DNA of 64,000 bases, taken from Octopus vulgaris. Its lineage: Eukaryota. The notes beneath the pieces were generated by a model that was not told the DNA's origin, did not search any database, and saw only the letters and a list, made by a program, of their open reading frames with translations. Shown here piece after piece: positions 37,075 through 50,039 of the stretch; the stretch's first letter is position 1, and every line of letters starts with the position of its first letter. The DNA lies in contig OX597815.1 of assembly GCA_951406725.2 (NCBI GenBank), forward strand, positions 105,958,001 through 106,022,000, in the 5' to 3' direction. The position numbers were made by a program, and so were the translations under genes.

Positions 37075-39109
37075 TAATTAAACAACAATTAACACACCAA
37101 CATTTTGTCACTTCTACTATTACTTAAATGACTTCTGTTCTTCTAAAGTATTTTCACTGTGTACCATTCTTAGTACACTGTCAGATACATTTGTCTCTTA
37201 TCCTCTCTTTATTCTGGAACCAATTCTTTATCCTCAGAATTGCAATTTTCTGAAGCTAATACCTGGTTCAAATTACCTTATAAGTATCAAACAGTTAATC
37301 CTTTCCTCGTTTACAATGAAATACACAGTATAAGTTCCAATTAATTCTAAAAGTAATGAAAGATTTGGTGAGATATAGTACAACATTTTCATTAATTAGT
37401 ATTTTATTGATTTAAATATGAAGTCTTTAAAACAGGTGGTTTTTGTATCAATGAACTGGATAATATAGTATTAAAAGGGTTTAACATTAACTACATCAAT
37501 GTCACAAGTCTGGCTTACAAAGGCTGTAGGTAGCGATCCAGCCACCTTGTATTTTACTTCTTTTGTATAATTAAAAACACACATTTAGCAGCATATAATT
37601 ACAATTTTATTCAAAATTAGTGAGGAAAAAATAAAAAATTACATTAGCACTTGAAAAATGTTCCTTATTTTGCAAGACATTGTCATAGTTTTTCAGAATA
37701 AAAATTCGTTAATAATAGAAAAGATTGTCACATATTTAAGTAACAATTATCTGTATAAACTAGTTTAATTGTTAAAATATTCCTCAGCTTAATATGCTTT
37801 TGTTAATAATTAATACTTTATCAACTGAATGTAACCAATTGGTATTTAACAAAGGATTTTTTTCTGTTGATTTTTTTTTTATCTTTGTACATATTTGTTT
37901 TTAGATGTGTTTGTCTATACATATTATAAGCTTCTGTGTAGGTGTGCAATTCCTGTCTACCAAAAGTTGATAGAATATTTCTTTGCTACAAATTTTGCTT
38001 TAAAACCTTGTGTTTTTGTGTTTTGTTAATTAGTTTCAGGTGATGTTGCATTGGCAAAATCATTAGAACAGTGCTTTGTAGTATTTAGTTATGGTGCTTT
38101 ACGTTTTGAGATCTAATCCTGCAAAGATCAACTCTATCTTTCATCCTTCCAAGGTTAATAAAATAAAATACCACTCAAGTGCTGGTATTGATTTAATAGA
38201 CTCCTCCTCCTCCACCTTAAAAAAATTGTGGCCTTGTACCAATTTCAAAGTCATTAATTAGTCAAAGAACATTAATACCCACAACATTTTACTGACTTTC
38301 TCAGATATGTAAAGTCAATGCAGATGAGGAATAAGGTCATTTTATGTTGGAGAAAAATGATTCAGCAAAGTATTTGGTAGGATTTTGATGAGACAGTAGG
38401 GATACCAAGAGTAAGAAAACTAACGGTTAATTTTGGGGCTGAGTGAGGAGGTGTTTCTTTGATAGGTATAATGATCGTTTTGGTACTGCTGAAAGAGACT
38501 TAGTTATCTTATTTCTATGGGAGAAAGTTTTTCAAGGTCTCTATTCATGGAAGTAGAGTAGATTTTCTGTGTAGATGACACAAAAGTACAAAAGGCTAAA
38601 CAGAAGTGAAGGATAGTATTATTTGCAAGGAAGCAAACAGAAAATTTTTTAATCAAGAGATGTGATACCAATACAGTCCATAGGTGGGCAATTCGCATCT
38701 TAGACCTGGCTGAGTATTTTCTTGGTATTGAGAGCATTAAGATTATTTTGTAAAAGTTCATAAAAGTCAGAAATCACTGGAATGTGACAGTAGAGATCAG
38801 CTCAACTGATTGTACACAAACTATACAGTTAGTTATTGAGATGACAAAGAGACATTAAGATGATAATGGATAAGGTTGCTTATGATTGTCTTCATCACCT
38901 TAGGAAGTTACAAGGTGATGTACTAAATGTTGTATGCAAAAAATTCTATATTTAAAATTTCCTTTTGAGTTCCAGAAAGGAAACAAAAGCCTAGCAGCAG
39001 CTGTTAGCTACTCAAAGAAAAAGAGATAACATCATTTGTCCTTTTCTTCGAGATGCATTCAATTCATCACACATTAACTTCTTCCTTTGTTTAGGTGCCA
39101 TGTTCAGAA

Positions 39110-39760
39110 TATAGGACATAGACAATCATGTCCTGCCACAATTCTCTGTTCTTTGTTTTCTGTAACAATTCGACTTTGTGATGTTTAATAACTTTTTCTT
39201 ACAACCAGTTTGTCAAGCTTGACATTCATATCATCCTTTTCTTTCTGCTGCTTCTTTTCCCTTCAATCTTTCCTCTTTCCTCATCACATGACCAAGAAAT
39301 CTCAGTTGCTTGGCCCTTATCTTACAAAGCAGTTTCCTATTTATTGCAGCCCAGGTTATCGCTTCTTCATTAGACACTTTGCTTGTCCATGTTATCCTCA
39401 ATATCCTCCTTAAGAACCACATTTCACAGCTCTCCAAGCACCTTTTCATTTCTGATGTTATAGACCATACCTTACTTCCATACATAATACAGGGTAGACA
39501 TGGATCTTGGTCTTGATGCTCAGAGTACAGTTTCTCAAAATGTTATACAGCTTTGAGAATGCATACTTTGCCATCACTATTCATCTTTTAATCTCCTTCA
39601 CACATCTTACATCTTCTGTGATCAAAGTTGAAGGGTGATATCTGCTTAACAATTTGTGTATTCACTTTCAACATACACTTTGGGCATTCATTCTTTGTCA
39701 CCACCATACACTCTGAACAGACCCTTCCTCTCACTTTCTCTGACCACTATATCCACATTA
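39110..39760 (-). mobile_element. old RTE-clade LINE remnant
   Basis: YGSKVW...EMWFLRRILRITW..KVSNEE...LRFLGHV (ORF 39231-39485). Confidence 0.8.
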
Positions 39761-40671
39761 ACTTATTTATCCAAATTCAAAGCATTAGCCCATTTTAGTT
39801 ATTTCCCTTAGCTCATTTTATTTTCAGGTTTGGTAGGAAGTGGTTGTCAGTATCAATATGGTTCCACTTAAGTTTGGAGCTCTATTGTGTGTCTCCATAG
39901 TGACAGAAGGAATTTGGTGAGGATAGAAGCTAACTCTAAAATATACTGCTTAGTTGTTTTAAATAGTTAGTACCTATTAAAAAAAAAATTATTTTTATAA
40001 TTAACATCTTTTATATGCATTTTTTATTTCAATCTTTCTATTTCTGTATAATTGCATATAATTTTTTTTTCAAATCCTTTTGTTTCCATATTTCTTTCAA
40101 ACTACATTGCTTCTGTTTCAATTAATTTGGAAAATACTGAAGAATTTAATAAAATAACTTTGTCATTATTACGCTGCTGCTTGAGATATAAAAAGCATAA
40201 AATTTTGATGGGAGGTTATAATTTAGCTCACTTTAAAGCAACAAGTTTGTATGGGAGAACCAGGAGCAATTTCAGGTGCTTTGGTAGTTAATGGAGTGGA
40301 AGTATCATGTCTGGTTGCCCTGTTGAATTGCAGACATCATGTTGAGCTGTTGTCCTTGACTAGAAAGATTAGAGAAAGTTACAGTGATCAAAGAAAGCAT
40401 GTGTGTTGCTACTTTAATTGGATTTTAGTTGTTTTAAATAATAAGTACCTATTCAAAAAAAAAAAAAAGTATTTTTATAATTAACATCTTTTATATGCAT
40501 TTTTTATTTCAATCTTTCTAGTTCTGTATAATTGCATATAATATTTTGTAGTAATATTATCCTTAAAGTATGGCATTCTTTTTTATCAGATTTGTAATTA
40601 TTTCTGTCATTGTGTAATTTTTAATTGTATTCATTATATTTCATATAGTTATGTCTGAAAATTTGTAGCTA

Positions 40672-41225
40672 AAAGTATGGCTGTGTGGTTAAGAAGTTTG
40701 CTTCCCAACCACATGGTTTTGTATGCAGCCTCACTGCATGGTACCTTGGGTAAGTGTTTACTACAATAAATGTGAGCTAACCAAGGCCTTGTAAGTGGAT
40801 TTGGTAGATGGAAGCTGAAAGCCATATATCATCATCATCATCATTTAGCGCCTGCTTTCCATGCTAGCATGGGTTGGACGGTTCAACTGGGGTCTGGGAA
40901 GCCAGAAGGCTGCACCAGGCCCAGTCTGATCTGGCAATGTTTCTACGGCTGGATGCCCTTCCTAACGCCAACCACTCCATGAGTGTAGTGGGTGCTTTTT
41001 ACGTGCCATAAATATGTCTGTGTGTGTTTGTTTGTTTGTCTCTCACTACTGCCTGACAACTGGTGTTAGTTTGTTTATATCCTGTAACTTAGCAGTTCAG
41101 CAAAAAGATGCCAATATAATAAGTACTATGATTAAGATGAAAAGATAAGTACTGAGATTGATTTGTTCAACTAAACCCTTCGAAGTGTTGCCACAGCGTG
41201 GCTGCAATCCAATGACTGAAATTCA
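40672..41225 (+). mobile_element. CORE-like SINE interrupted by an RTE tail
   Basis: SINE head to ~40822, RTE tail at 40829-41008, SINE 3' part resumes at ~41010. Confidence 0.8.
40829..41008 (-). mobile_element. RTE 3' tail
   Basis: Near-identical to 1074-1240; reverse complement of 45035-45213. Confidence 0.85.
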
Positions 41226-42245
41226 GCTTGAAGAATCCATCTGGCAATTCTTTCCTGCAACATTTTAATCACCTGTCCATTGTGACCTCTCAGTGTAGAG
41301 AAGTAGCCGCTTGAGCTTGGGAGACTACCTTATTTCTAAGCTATGCACCCTGTCAAATAACATTACCTCAGAGATCCTTGGAGAAACCCCATTTCAGACA
41401 CCTGTGTATAAAGTCACATATACACATAAAACTCTCATAAAAAATATGTGATAAGACCGACAGTTTCAACAGAATCTGTTCAATATTTTCTATTCACTCA
41501 TTTTTAATTGATTTTTATCTTGTAAGGCTTGGGTGAACCCAAAGCTATGATAAAAAATACATGTCTAAAATGCCACAAAGTGGGATGGGATCAAAATCAG
41601 ATCTCATGATAATGAAGTGAACTTCTCAACCACTTGGCCATGCTTGCACATGTGCATACACGTGCACACACACACACACACACCATGCACACATACTTAC
41701 ACTTATACTCATACTCACACACACATTCTTTTGTAGTCAATTAGATATTGCAGGTGTTACATTTTTAATTATTCCAATATAGGAATCTTTATAGAAATCC
41801 TATTTAGTATTTTCACACACTCTACACAAACAGACACTGCCTTACTATATCTGTTATATCTTACTGTTATATCTTACAATCATCATCATTACCATGAACA
41901 GAACAGCTTACTATCTTTATGAACTTTAATCTTGTACTGTTGGTAAAGGAGGTTTTCACAAATGATTGAGGAACTCCCAATATTTCAACATCTGACCAAA
42001 ATATTCTTTCACCCAGTGTCCCTGAACCTCAATCATAGATGCCTTATCATCTAACATTTACCATTCATCACATATTCAAATTGATGTAATTTGTCTCTCC
42101 AATCTATGTCTTCATTCTATTTTGGTGTCATAATTCTGTTAGTGCTTTTAATATACAAACATCCTTTTGTCTACTAGGACAATAGCATTGCAGATCTGTC
42201 CCATCATAAACTCATTCCATTGTGGTCCATCATGATAATCTACTT

Positions 42246-42513
42246 CAATGGTTCTCAACCAGGATCCATATGACCCTTGGGGTGAGGTGGGAGCGTGCAT
42301 TTAAGACTTTGTAGTTTAAATTTATGTACAATAAATTGGTTATATTTCTACAATACACAAAATATTTTAACAGTTTTTTTTTATGCAGTTCCTAATATTT
42401 AATTATAAAAATATAATGGGATTTTTTTAAACATTGGATAGCTATGGGGCTCTACCCGAGTAAAATAAGAATCAAAGGGGTCCATAAGCAAAAAAAAGGG
42501 TTGAGAATCATTG
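42246..42513. mobile_element. hAT-type MITE ~150 bp upstream of exon 2
   Basis: TIR CAATGGTTCTCAACC / GGTTGAGAATCATTG; 8-bp TSD ATCTACTT/ATCTACAC. Confidence 0.82.
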
Positions 42514-42660
42514 ATCTACACTAATTCACTTCATATACATATGTTTCATTAACAACAACAATCATGCTATTTTTTTTTTTTTTTTTGTATTATATCTAGT
42601 CCCTTTTTTGTAGTTTGGTTGCTTGTGTATAATCTTATCTTTTACTTTTTGTTTTTCCAG

Positions 42661-42971
42661 GTCAATAAATCCTGTCGCAAATGGCCGTTCAACAAACACC
42701 AATGACCAGACTCAAGAAAGCAGCGTGCCATTTATCAGAAAACTTGCCTTTGGTTGTGGGCATGTATTTAATGATTTGGCTGCATCCATGTGGTTCTCTT
42801 ATTTATTAATTTACTTCAACAAAGTACTGAACTTTAATAGTGTTTTGGCTGGCTATCTCATGCTTGCAGGACAGATCTGTGATGGACTATCCACAACTTT
42901 TGTTGGAATTGAATCTGATCGAATAAATGGATGTTGTTTTTTAGGTAAAAGGAAATCCTGGCATCTAGTAG
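42661..42971 (+). CDS. MFSD12: MFSD12 orthologue coding exon 2
   Basis: Polypyrimidine-CAG acceptor. RKLAFGCGHVFNDLAASMWFSYLL...GQICDGLST.FVG.ESDR...GKRKSWHLVG matches the MFSD12 N-terminal signature. Donor GTGGGT, phase 1. Confidence 0.95.
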
Positions 42972-43174
42972 GTGGGTAGTTTTGTTTTTTAACATGGTTT
43001 ATTTGTAAAAGAACTTTTTTTAACAGAAAAGCAAAAGATGAGTGCAAAAGTTTTAACAATATTAATAATAACAAAAGTGTTACTCTTTATGTGACAGGTT
43101 ATGTTGGGAGTATGCTTTTGCTACTACATATCAAGTGATGTTATATAAATACAATAATTATTATTTTATTTGCG

Positions 43175-43530
43175 TGTGTGGTAAGAAGCTTGCTTCCCAA
43201 CTACATGGTTCTGGGTTCAGTCCCACTCTGTGGCACTTTGGACAAGTGTCTTCTGCTATAGCCGAGTGACCAAAGCCTTGTGAGTGGTAGACGGAAACTG
43301 AAAGAAGCCCATTATGTGTGTGTGTTTGTGTGTGTCTTTGAGTCTGTGTTTGTCCCCCACTACCGCTTGACGATCAGTGTTGGTGTGTTTACATCCCTGT
43401 AACTTAGTGGTTTGGCATAAGAGATCAATAGAATAAGTACTGGAGTTGATTCATTTGACTAAAAATTCTTCAAGACAAAGCTCCAGCATGGTCACAGTCT
43501 AATGACTGAAACAAGTAAAAGATAAAAGAT
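43175..43530 (+). mobile_element. CORE-like tRNA SINE
   Basis: Same layout as 4844-5262. Confidence 0.82.
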
Positions 43531-43589
43531 ACTACAAATATATTGGTTTCAAATTTTAGCACAAGGCCAGCAATTTTGGGGGAGGATTT

Positions 43590-43752
43590 AAATCAATTAC
43601 ACCAACTCCAGTGTTCAACTGGTACTTATTTTATTGACCCCGAAAGGATGAAAGGCAAAGTTGAACTAGGCAGAGTTAGAACTCAGAACATAAAGACAGA
43701 CAAAATGTCACTAAACCTTTTGCCGAGCATGCTAACTATTCTGCCAGCTCAT
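43590..43752 (-). mobile_element. Meta-like SINE, older copy
   Basis: GACCCCGAAAGGATGAAAGGCAAAG block. Confidence 0.75.
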
Positions 43753-44239
43753 TGCTTTAATACTAACAATATATTGAAATGAAACTAAATAGATTACTCG
43801 TTTGTATATTTGTTCTAAATATACATTATCAATAACAATAATACTGTTTAACTATCAGTTAATTAAAAATGTAACTTGAGCTGATATTATCAACAATGGC
43901 AAAAGCTTATTCCAACATTGCTAGTCATATAACTGGTAACCTTCTAATTAACTAATCAAAGAAGATAAATCCAATAAAATCAGATATTTTCCTCTGGGAT
44001 GAGGACCAATCAGAGAGGGGGAGGGGACACTGCCAATTATATTAATAGCTAATATATAATTATATATTGTGATTATCTAGAGGAGTGGGATTGAGGTTAA
44101 AGTTGTAACATAAAGAGACCTCTCTTAAGTCCATGAGTCAATGTAAAACAAAAAAGGAAATCCAACACAAAAGTTATTATCACTTTCTTAAATATTTCTC
44201 CACTTTTACTAATTTATGCCAATCTTTTACAATTAAAAG

Positions 44240-44445
44240 ATAGTGAACTGATAGAAATGTTAACATGCCGGGTGAAATGCTTAGTGGTATTTCGTCTGTC
44301 TTTATGTTCTGAATTCAAATTCTGCTGAGGTCAACTTTGCCGTTCATCCTTTCAGGGTCAATAAATTAAGTGCCAGTTGTGTACTGGGGTTGATCTAATT
44401 GACTGGCCTCCTCCCCCAGAATTTTGAGCCTTGTGCCTAGAGAAG
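44240..44445 (+). mobile_element. Meta-like SINE, older copy
   Basis: TTCATCCTTTCAGGGTCAAT block; inverted relative to the 43590 copy. Confidence 0.75.
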
Positions 44446-45021
44446 AAAAAAATATCACCTTCAACAAATTTTGTATAATAACCATAAACTGTGTTATTCT
44501 TAAGTTTTATTCTTTGATTTTACATTTGTTTACAAAGGAAGCTTGTCCTATGTATTTCATTACTCTTTTAATATATCTAAAACAGTCAATATATTACATT
44601 TGATGTTATAATTTTATATCTAGTACTCATGTCCAGTATGTATAAACAGATCTTTCATTGGTTTTGATGATGAATGTTCCAGTTGTCCAATCAACCAAAC
44701 TATCTACTTGTTGAATTATAGTGTAAGTGGCTGAGTATTCCACAGAGGCATCTCCCCTTTACATAATCTACTTGCAGCCTCAGTGTCACAGTGTGTGACA
44801 ATGTTGGATCTTTTGAACTATAAGTACATTCTATCTGATGGGCTTCTGCACAGTTTACATCTATCCAATTTCATTCACAAGGCTTAGCTCAACTTAAGGC
44901 TACAATGCAAGACACTTTTCCTAGGTGCTACACAGTGGAGAACAAACCCAATGCATCATGATCATGAAGCAAACTTCTTAACCACTTGGTCATGTTTGCA
45001 TCCAGACATAAATACACACAG

Positions 45022-45215
45022 TCCCTGTGCTGGTGGCACATAAAAAGCACCCACTACACTCACGGAGTGGTTGGCATTAGGAAGGGCATCCAGCTGTAGA
45101 AACACTTTCAGATCAGACTGGAGCCTGGTGCAGCCTCCTGGCTTCCCAGACCCTGGTTGAACCATCCAACCCATGCTAGCATGGAAAACGAACGTTAAAC
45201 GATGATGATGATGAC
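45022..45215 (+). mobile_element. RTE 3' tail
   Basis: GGCATTAGGAAGGGCATCCAGCTGTAGAAAC...CGTTAAACGATGATGATG. Confidence 0.85.
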
Positions 45216-47777
45216 AATGACGACAACACACTCAAACAGACACATACACATACAGATACATACAAACTTACACTGGTGATGTTTTATGATCGATTAGACA
45301 TTGCAGATGTTACTTTTTTTAATTAATTATTCAGGCTTGTGAATTTTTAAAGAAAACCTATTTAGATATTGTTACACACCATTATACAGACTGACACTAA
45401 TAGTTTTACTTTTCTATCTTATGGTTTATTGTCATTGTCACCACCATTTTAATAAACATTCTTCCATACTGGCAGACTATTCAAACTGTTTAACTGCTCA
45501 GTCATACCTGCATTCTCAATTAATATTCAGTTTCCTTTTTTCTATTTTGACAAGGCATCTCATTACTGTCAATATCTTGGGGCATGTTATAAAGGATATA
45601 TGATTAATTGTAGCAAAAGATTGTCATACCAGAAGAATAATATTGACGGAAAATCTTTGTCTGCTCATGTTAGCTCATGGTAAAGCAGTAACAAATGAAA
45701 AATCTGCAACAACTTATATGACCTGTTCTCAAATTATGATATTCTTATAGGGTGTCCAGTTTGTTACTTTGTATTTAATCTTATTCTAGTATTCTAGCTA
45801 TAGACATTGCCCCTTTATCTTAAAATCTAATGCTAAAATCATGTGTCTCTATTTTTAAAATAGTTGGGAGTCTCAGTTTTTTTGGACAATAAATGTCTTC
45901 CACATAGAATATATAAAAGTTTTATTATTTGGTGATATTGAAAATAATTTTAGTGAGTATAATGATTATATTATGCTATTGGTTTTATTGTAATTGTGTT
46001 GACCTTTTTGCACCAATGTGTCTGTGTGTGTGTATTGTCATCTTTGCTGAAATACCATGAAGTAAGAATAATTCAAGAAACAAGTCAGTTTAAAATAGGC
46101 TTTAATTCACTAAACTTTTTAATAGAACTGTTAGGAATAACCATTTACAAAGTATTTTTTAGCCAAGTAGTAGACAGCAGCTGCAGAAATTTAAGATCTT
46201 AACATTTTCCTTTACTAGAAAATCCTAGAATTATCACATTCTTCTCTTATGAAAACAAACACAAAATTACCTATGCACAATATTATTAGGGTATTATGTG
46301 TGACCAAATGGATAAATCATTTGGACAATTGCTCAAAATAATTATTTTTTACATTTATCATATTTACATTTATCATATTAAATAAAGTCTAATTATACTG
46401 GCCAAAAATTATTCATAGCTCTATTCCTATACGCAAAAACTTTATTAACTGATCAAGTAGACTTGAGTAAACTATACTATACTGATGAAGCCTAATAGAC
46501 AAAAACATGATCATAGTTTTTCCTTGTCTGTAGACAAAGATCAGAATTTCTTTACCCTAACAGGTAAATTACCTTTGAGTGATTGCCTTTTAATTTCTTG
46601 CAAATATCTATTTTTTCATTGAGAATCACTAGTAACTGATGGTTACTAAAAGGGAAATTTCAATTAAGATGTTTTTTGCACCAGTGCATTTCCATTTTAC
46701 TTCTTTATCCAAATTAATGGCATTGACTCATTTGAGATATTTCCCTTAGCTTATCTTCTTTTTTAAAACATACAGTCATGTGCCTTGCTCATTATTTCAC
46801 TTCACGATGTAATTTAATACCTTAACCTCATATTCCCCACTCCTTACAGACACGTACATAATCATGCACAGGCACAATCTGATAAACACACACACACACA
46901 CACATGATTGCTGCAAGCCTGTTAGATTTTAAATGAAGAATAATAGCTGTAATGGGCAGAGGAGTGTGTGTGTATAAGAAATTAAAATGACAAGGAAAGA
47001 AGAAATTACATCATGAACTTCATTAGCTTACAACTGTTTCTGCTATAAGATGCAATGCATTCATAGTTGAATGCTTGCGATCGCTCTATAGCTTTATTGG
47101 AGTTCAAGAATGAAGTGCAGTTTTATTTGGGAAAGTGTTTACATTCACAGAAAAGAATTACCAATGAAAAAAACACAAATGTATGTAGGAAATGAAGTCA
47201 AGAATCTAAGGGGAAGATGCCCCTCCCAGAAATGGATTAAGATAAAACTGTATTTGAATATATGTATAAGGATAGGTGTATGAAGAACCTGTATGAAAAG
47301 AAATCATTTGGACAATTGCTCAAAATAATTATTTTTTAAGCATAACCAAATCTTTCAGCTGATCTTCTATTGAGAGTAGAGCATTTAACACAAAGTCTCT
47401 AGAAGATTTAATTTGTTTGATCCAGTTGTTGTGAAAGAAGACATGTAAAAATAAATCTTGAGAATGGAAACAGCTTGAATGTGACATAATCTAAGATAAT
47501 GTGAGAAAGAGAAAAACAAGCTTTTATGAGGGTCAATAAAGAATATTCTACATATGGATTCTTGCCAGATTGCCAATTACCAATTACCAGACCAGGAGTG
47601 GGAAGGGACTGGGAAGACATGCTATGGATAACGTGTGACTATGTGAGTATAGCAAGAGAGGGGGAGAAGGTGAGGCAACACTAACAGATATATCATCCCA
47701 CATATACGTACACACAGACTTACATACACATAAGTATACTTATATACATACACCAAAACATCTATTAAATATATATA

Positions 47778-49507
47778 TCATCATCATCGTTTAACATTCG
47801 TTTTCCATGCTGGCATGGGTTGGATGGTTCAACCGGGGTCTAGGAAGCCAGGAGGCTGCACCAGGCAACAGTCTGATCTGGCAGTATTTCTACAGCTGGA
47901 TGCCCTTCCTAATGCCAACCACTCCAAAAGTATAGTGGGTACATTTTACATGCCACTGGCACAGGGGCCAGACGAGGCTGGCATCACCCACAATCAGATG
48001 GTGCTTTTTACGTGCCACCAGTATGGAAGCCAGTCAAGGTGGCGCTGGCATCGGCCACGTTCAGATGGTGCTTTTTACATGCCACCGGCACGGGGATCAC
48101 ATCTACAATTTCCATTTGATTTGATTTGCTGATGATACCCATCCAACCCATGCCAGCATGGAAAGCGGACGCTAGACGATGATGATGATGATGTACTTGA
48201 CTCAGTAGACCTCCTCAAACATGGCATCTCACCCTACAATCCAAGGTACTTTTGAGTGGGCTGGTTATGCAACAGTGGTGTAGGTTACAGCTGTGAACTC
48301 ACTTTATCTGCCAGGTCTTCTCAGTCACAGCATATCTCCAGAGTTCTCGGTCTTTTGTCATTGCCTCTGTGAGGCCTAACATTCAAAGGTCATGCTTCAC
48401 CACTTCATCCCATGTCTTCCTGGGTCTCCCTCTACCCTGGATTCCTTCCACTGTTTGGGAGTGGCACTTCTTCACACAGCTCTCCTCATCCATCCATAGT
48501 ACATGACCATACCAACACAAACATCTCTCTTGCATACCACATCCAATGCATCTTATGTCCAACATTTCTGTCAGTGTGTACACACTAACATACAATATCC
48601 AGCGGATCATCCTAGCTTCATTTCTTTCAAGCCTACACATGTCTTCAGCAGTCACATCCCATGTTTCACTGCTGTTCGCACACATGCATTGTACAATCTA
48701 CCTTTCACTCTGAGCGAGAGGCCCTTTGTCACCAGTAGGAGTAGAAACTTTCTGAACTTTGCCAGGTTATTCTTATTCTAGTGGTAACACTCTCTGAGCA
48801 TCCACCCCCACTACAGACTTGGTCACCTAGGTAGCAGAGGCAATCAACTACTTCTAGTTTCTCCCCCTGATATGTGATGGAATCTATTTTCTGAGCATCT
48901 GTGGTGTTTTGCCCCTGTGCATCTGCTGCACACAAAAGCTAGCTTCCCAGTTAATCTTCCTTTGATGTTGCTGCACTTCTTATGTGTCCATAGCTTACAC
49001 TGAGTACATCTTATGGAGTTTCTACCTACACCTTTTCTACAGATCAAGCAGGGCCACCTACATGAAGAGGTGTGTGATGTGTTCGCCTTCCTACTTACTA
49101 GAACTTTGCAATATTGATTCTCAACTTAGCAGACTATGATGCTGTTACACCAGGTGACTAGACCATAACCCACACCACCAGATATTTTAAGCCTCTCAGC
49201 AGTTATTCTAGATGGGCCAGGGGCTTTTCTTGACTTCATATCCTTAATTGCTTTATGTACCAGGGTGTAATCAATTCGGGTAGCTGGTCCCTCAACTGGG
49301 TCAACATTTGCCAGGCTTTTCTCCTTCCATTCATTCTCCACATTCAGCAGCCTTTCATAATGGCATCTCCAAGCCTCTTTCTTTGCAGAATCATTAAAAG
49401 TAAGTGCACCATCATACATGTGGACACATTTCTCTTCTGTAACATCACAATTTTTCTCACACACTGCCTTGCAATCCAAAATACTTCAGTTCTTTGGTCC
49501 TCACATC
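47778..49507 (-). mobile_element. 5'-truncated, internally deleted RTE LINE
   Basis: ORF pieces KAPGPS.ITAE, CYLGDQ and WYGHV...GRPRKTW; (GAT)n tail at 47778. A short opposite-strand tail is nested at ~48138-48193. Confidence 0.9.
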
Positions 49508-49509
49508 AT

Positions 49510-49675
49510 ATATATGATAGGCTTCTTTCAGTTTCCATCTACCAAATCCACTCACAAGGCTTTGGTTTGCCCAAGGCTATAGAAGGAGACACTTGCCCGA
49601 GGTGCCACGCAGTGGGACTGAACCCAAGACTATGTGGTTGAGAAGCAAGCTTCTTACCACACAGCCACACCTGCC
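49510..49675 (-). mobile_element. CORE-like SINE head
   Basis: Reverse complement of the SINE 5' half, ending at the (TA)n where the RTE begins. Confidence 0.8.
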
Positions 49676-50039
49676 CCTTTATGTGTGTGTGTGTGTGCAA
49701 CCAGGAAACTACTCAAACCTTACTGTCAAATACGCCACTTCTTAAATGAAACAAACTGATTATCATTTGCCACCACAAACAAGATTCTCAAATTATTTAT
49801 GCTCTCTTATGAATGGACATTGGATGTAATTTAATCTAAACCATTGGAACACTTCTATTACTTCAACACCTGACATCTGGTACACTATGTTCCTGTTCAG
49901 GCAACATCAGTTCGATAGAGGTAGTGAGCTAATGTACAATATAAACATTTGCTCACTCTAAAACAATTTGTTTGTGCAGGTCGTTCAGTAAAAACTGAAC
50001 ACTCATACATTGTCTTGAACTTGCACGCATCCAGAGCAA

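Noticed and set aside
39828-39916. Possible cassette exon in intron 1 (TTTTCAG...TG|GTGAGG)
   Set aside because: It would introduce a stop in the MFSD12 frame, and such sites are expected by chance without transcript evidence.
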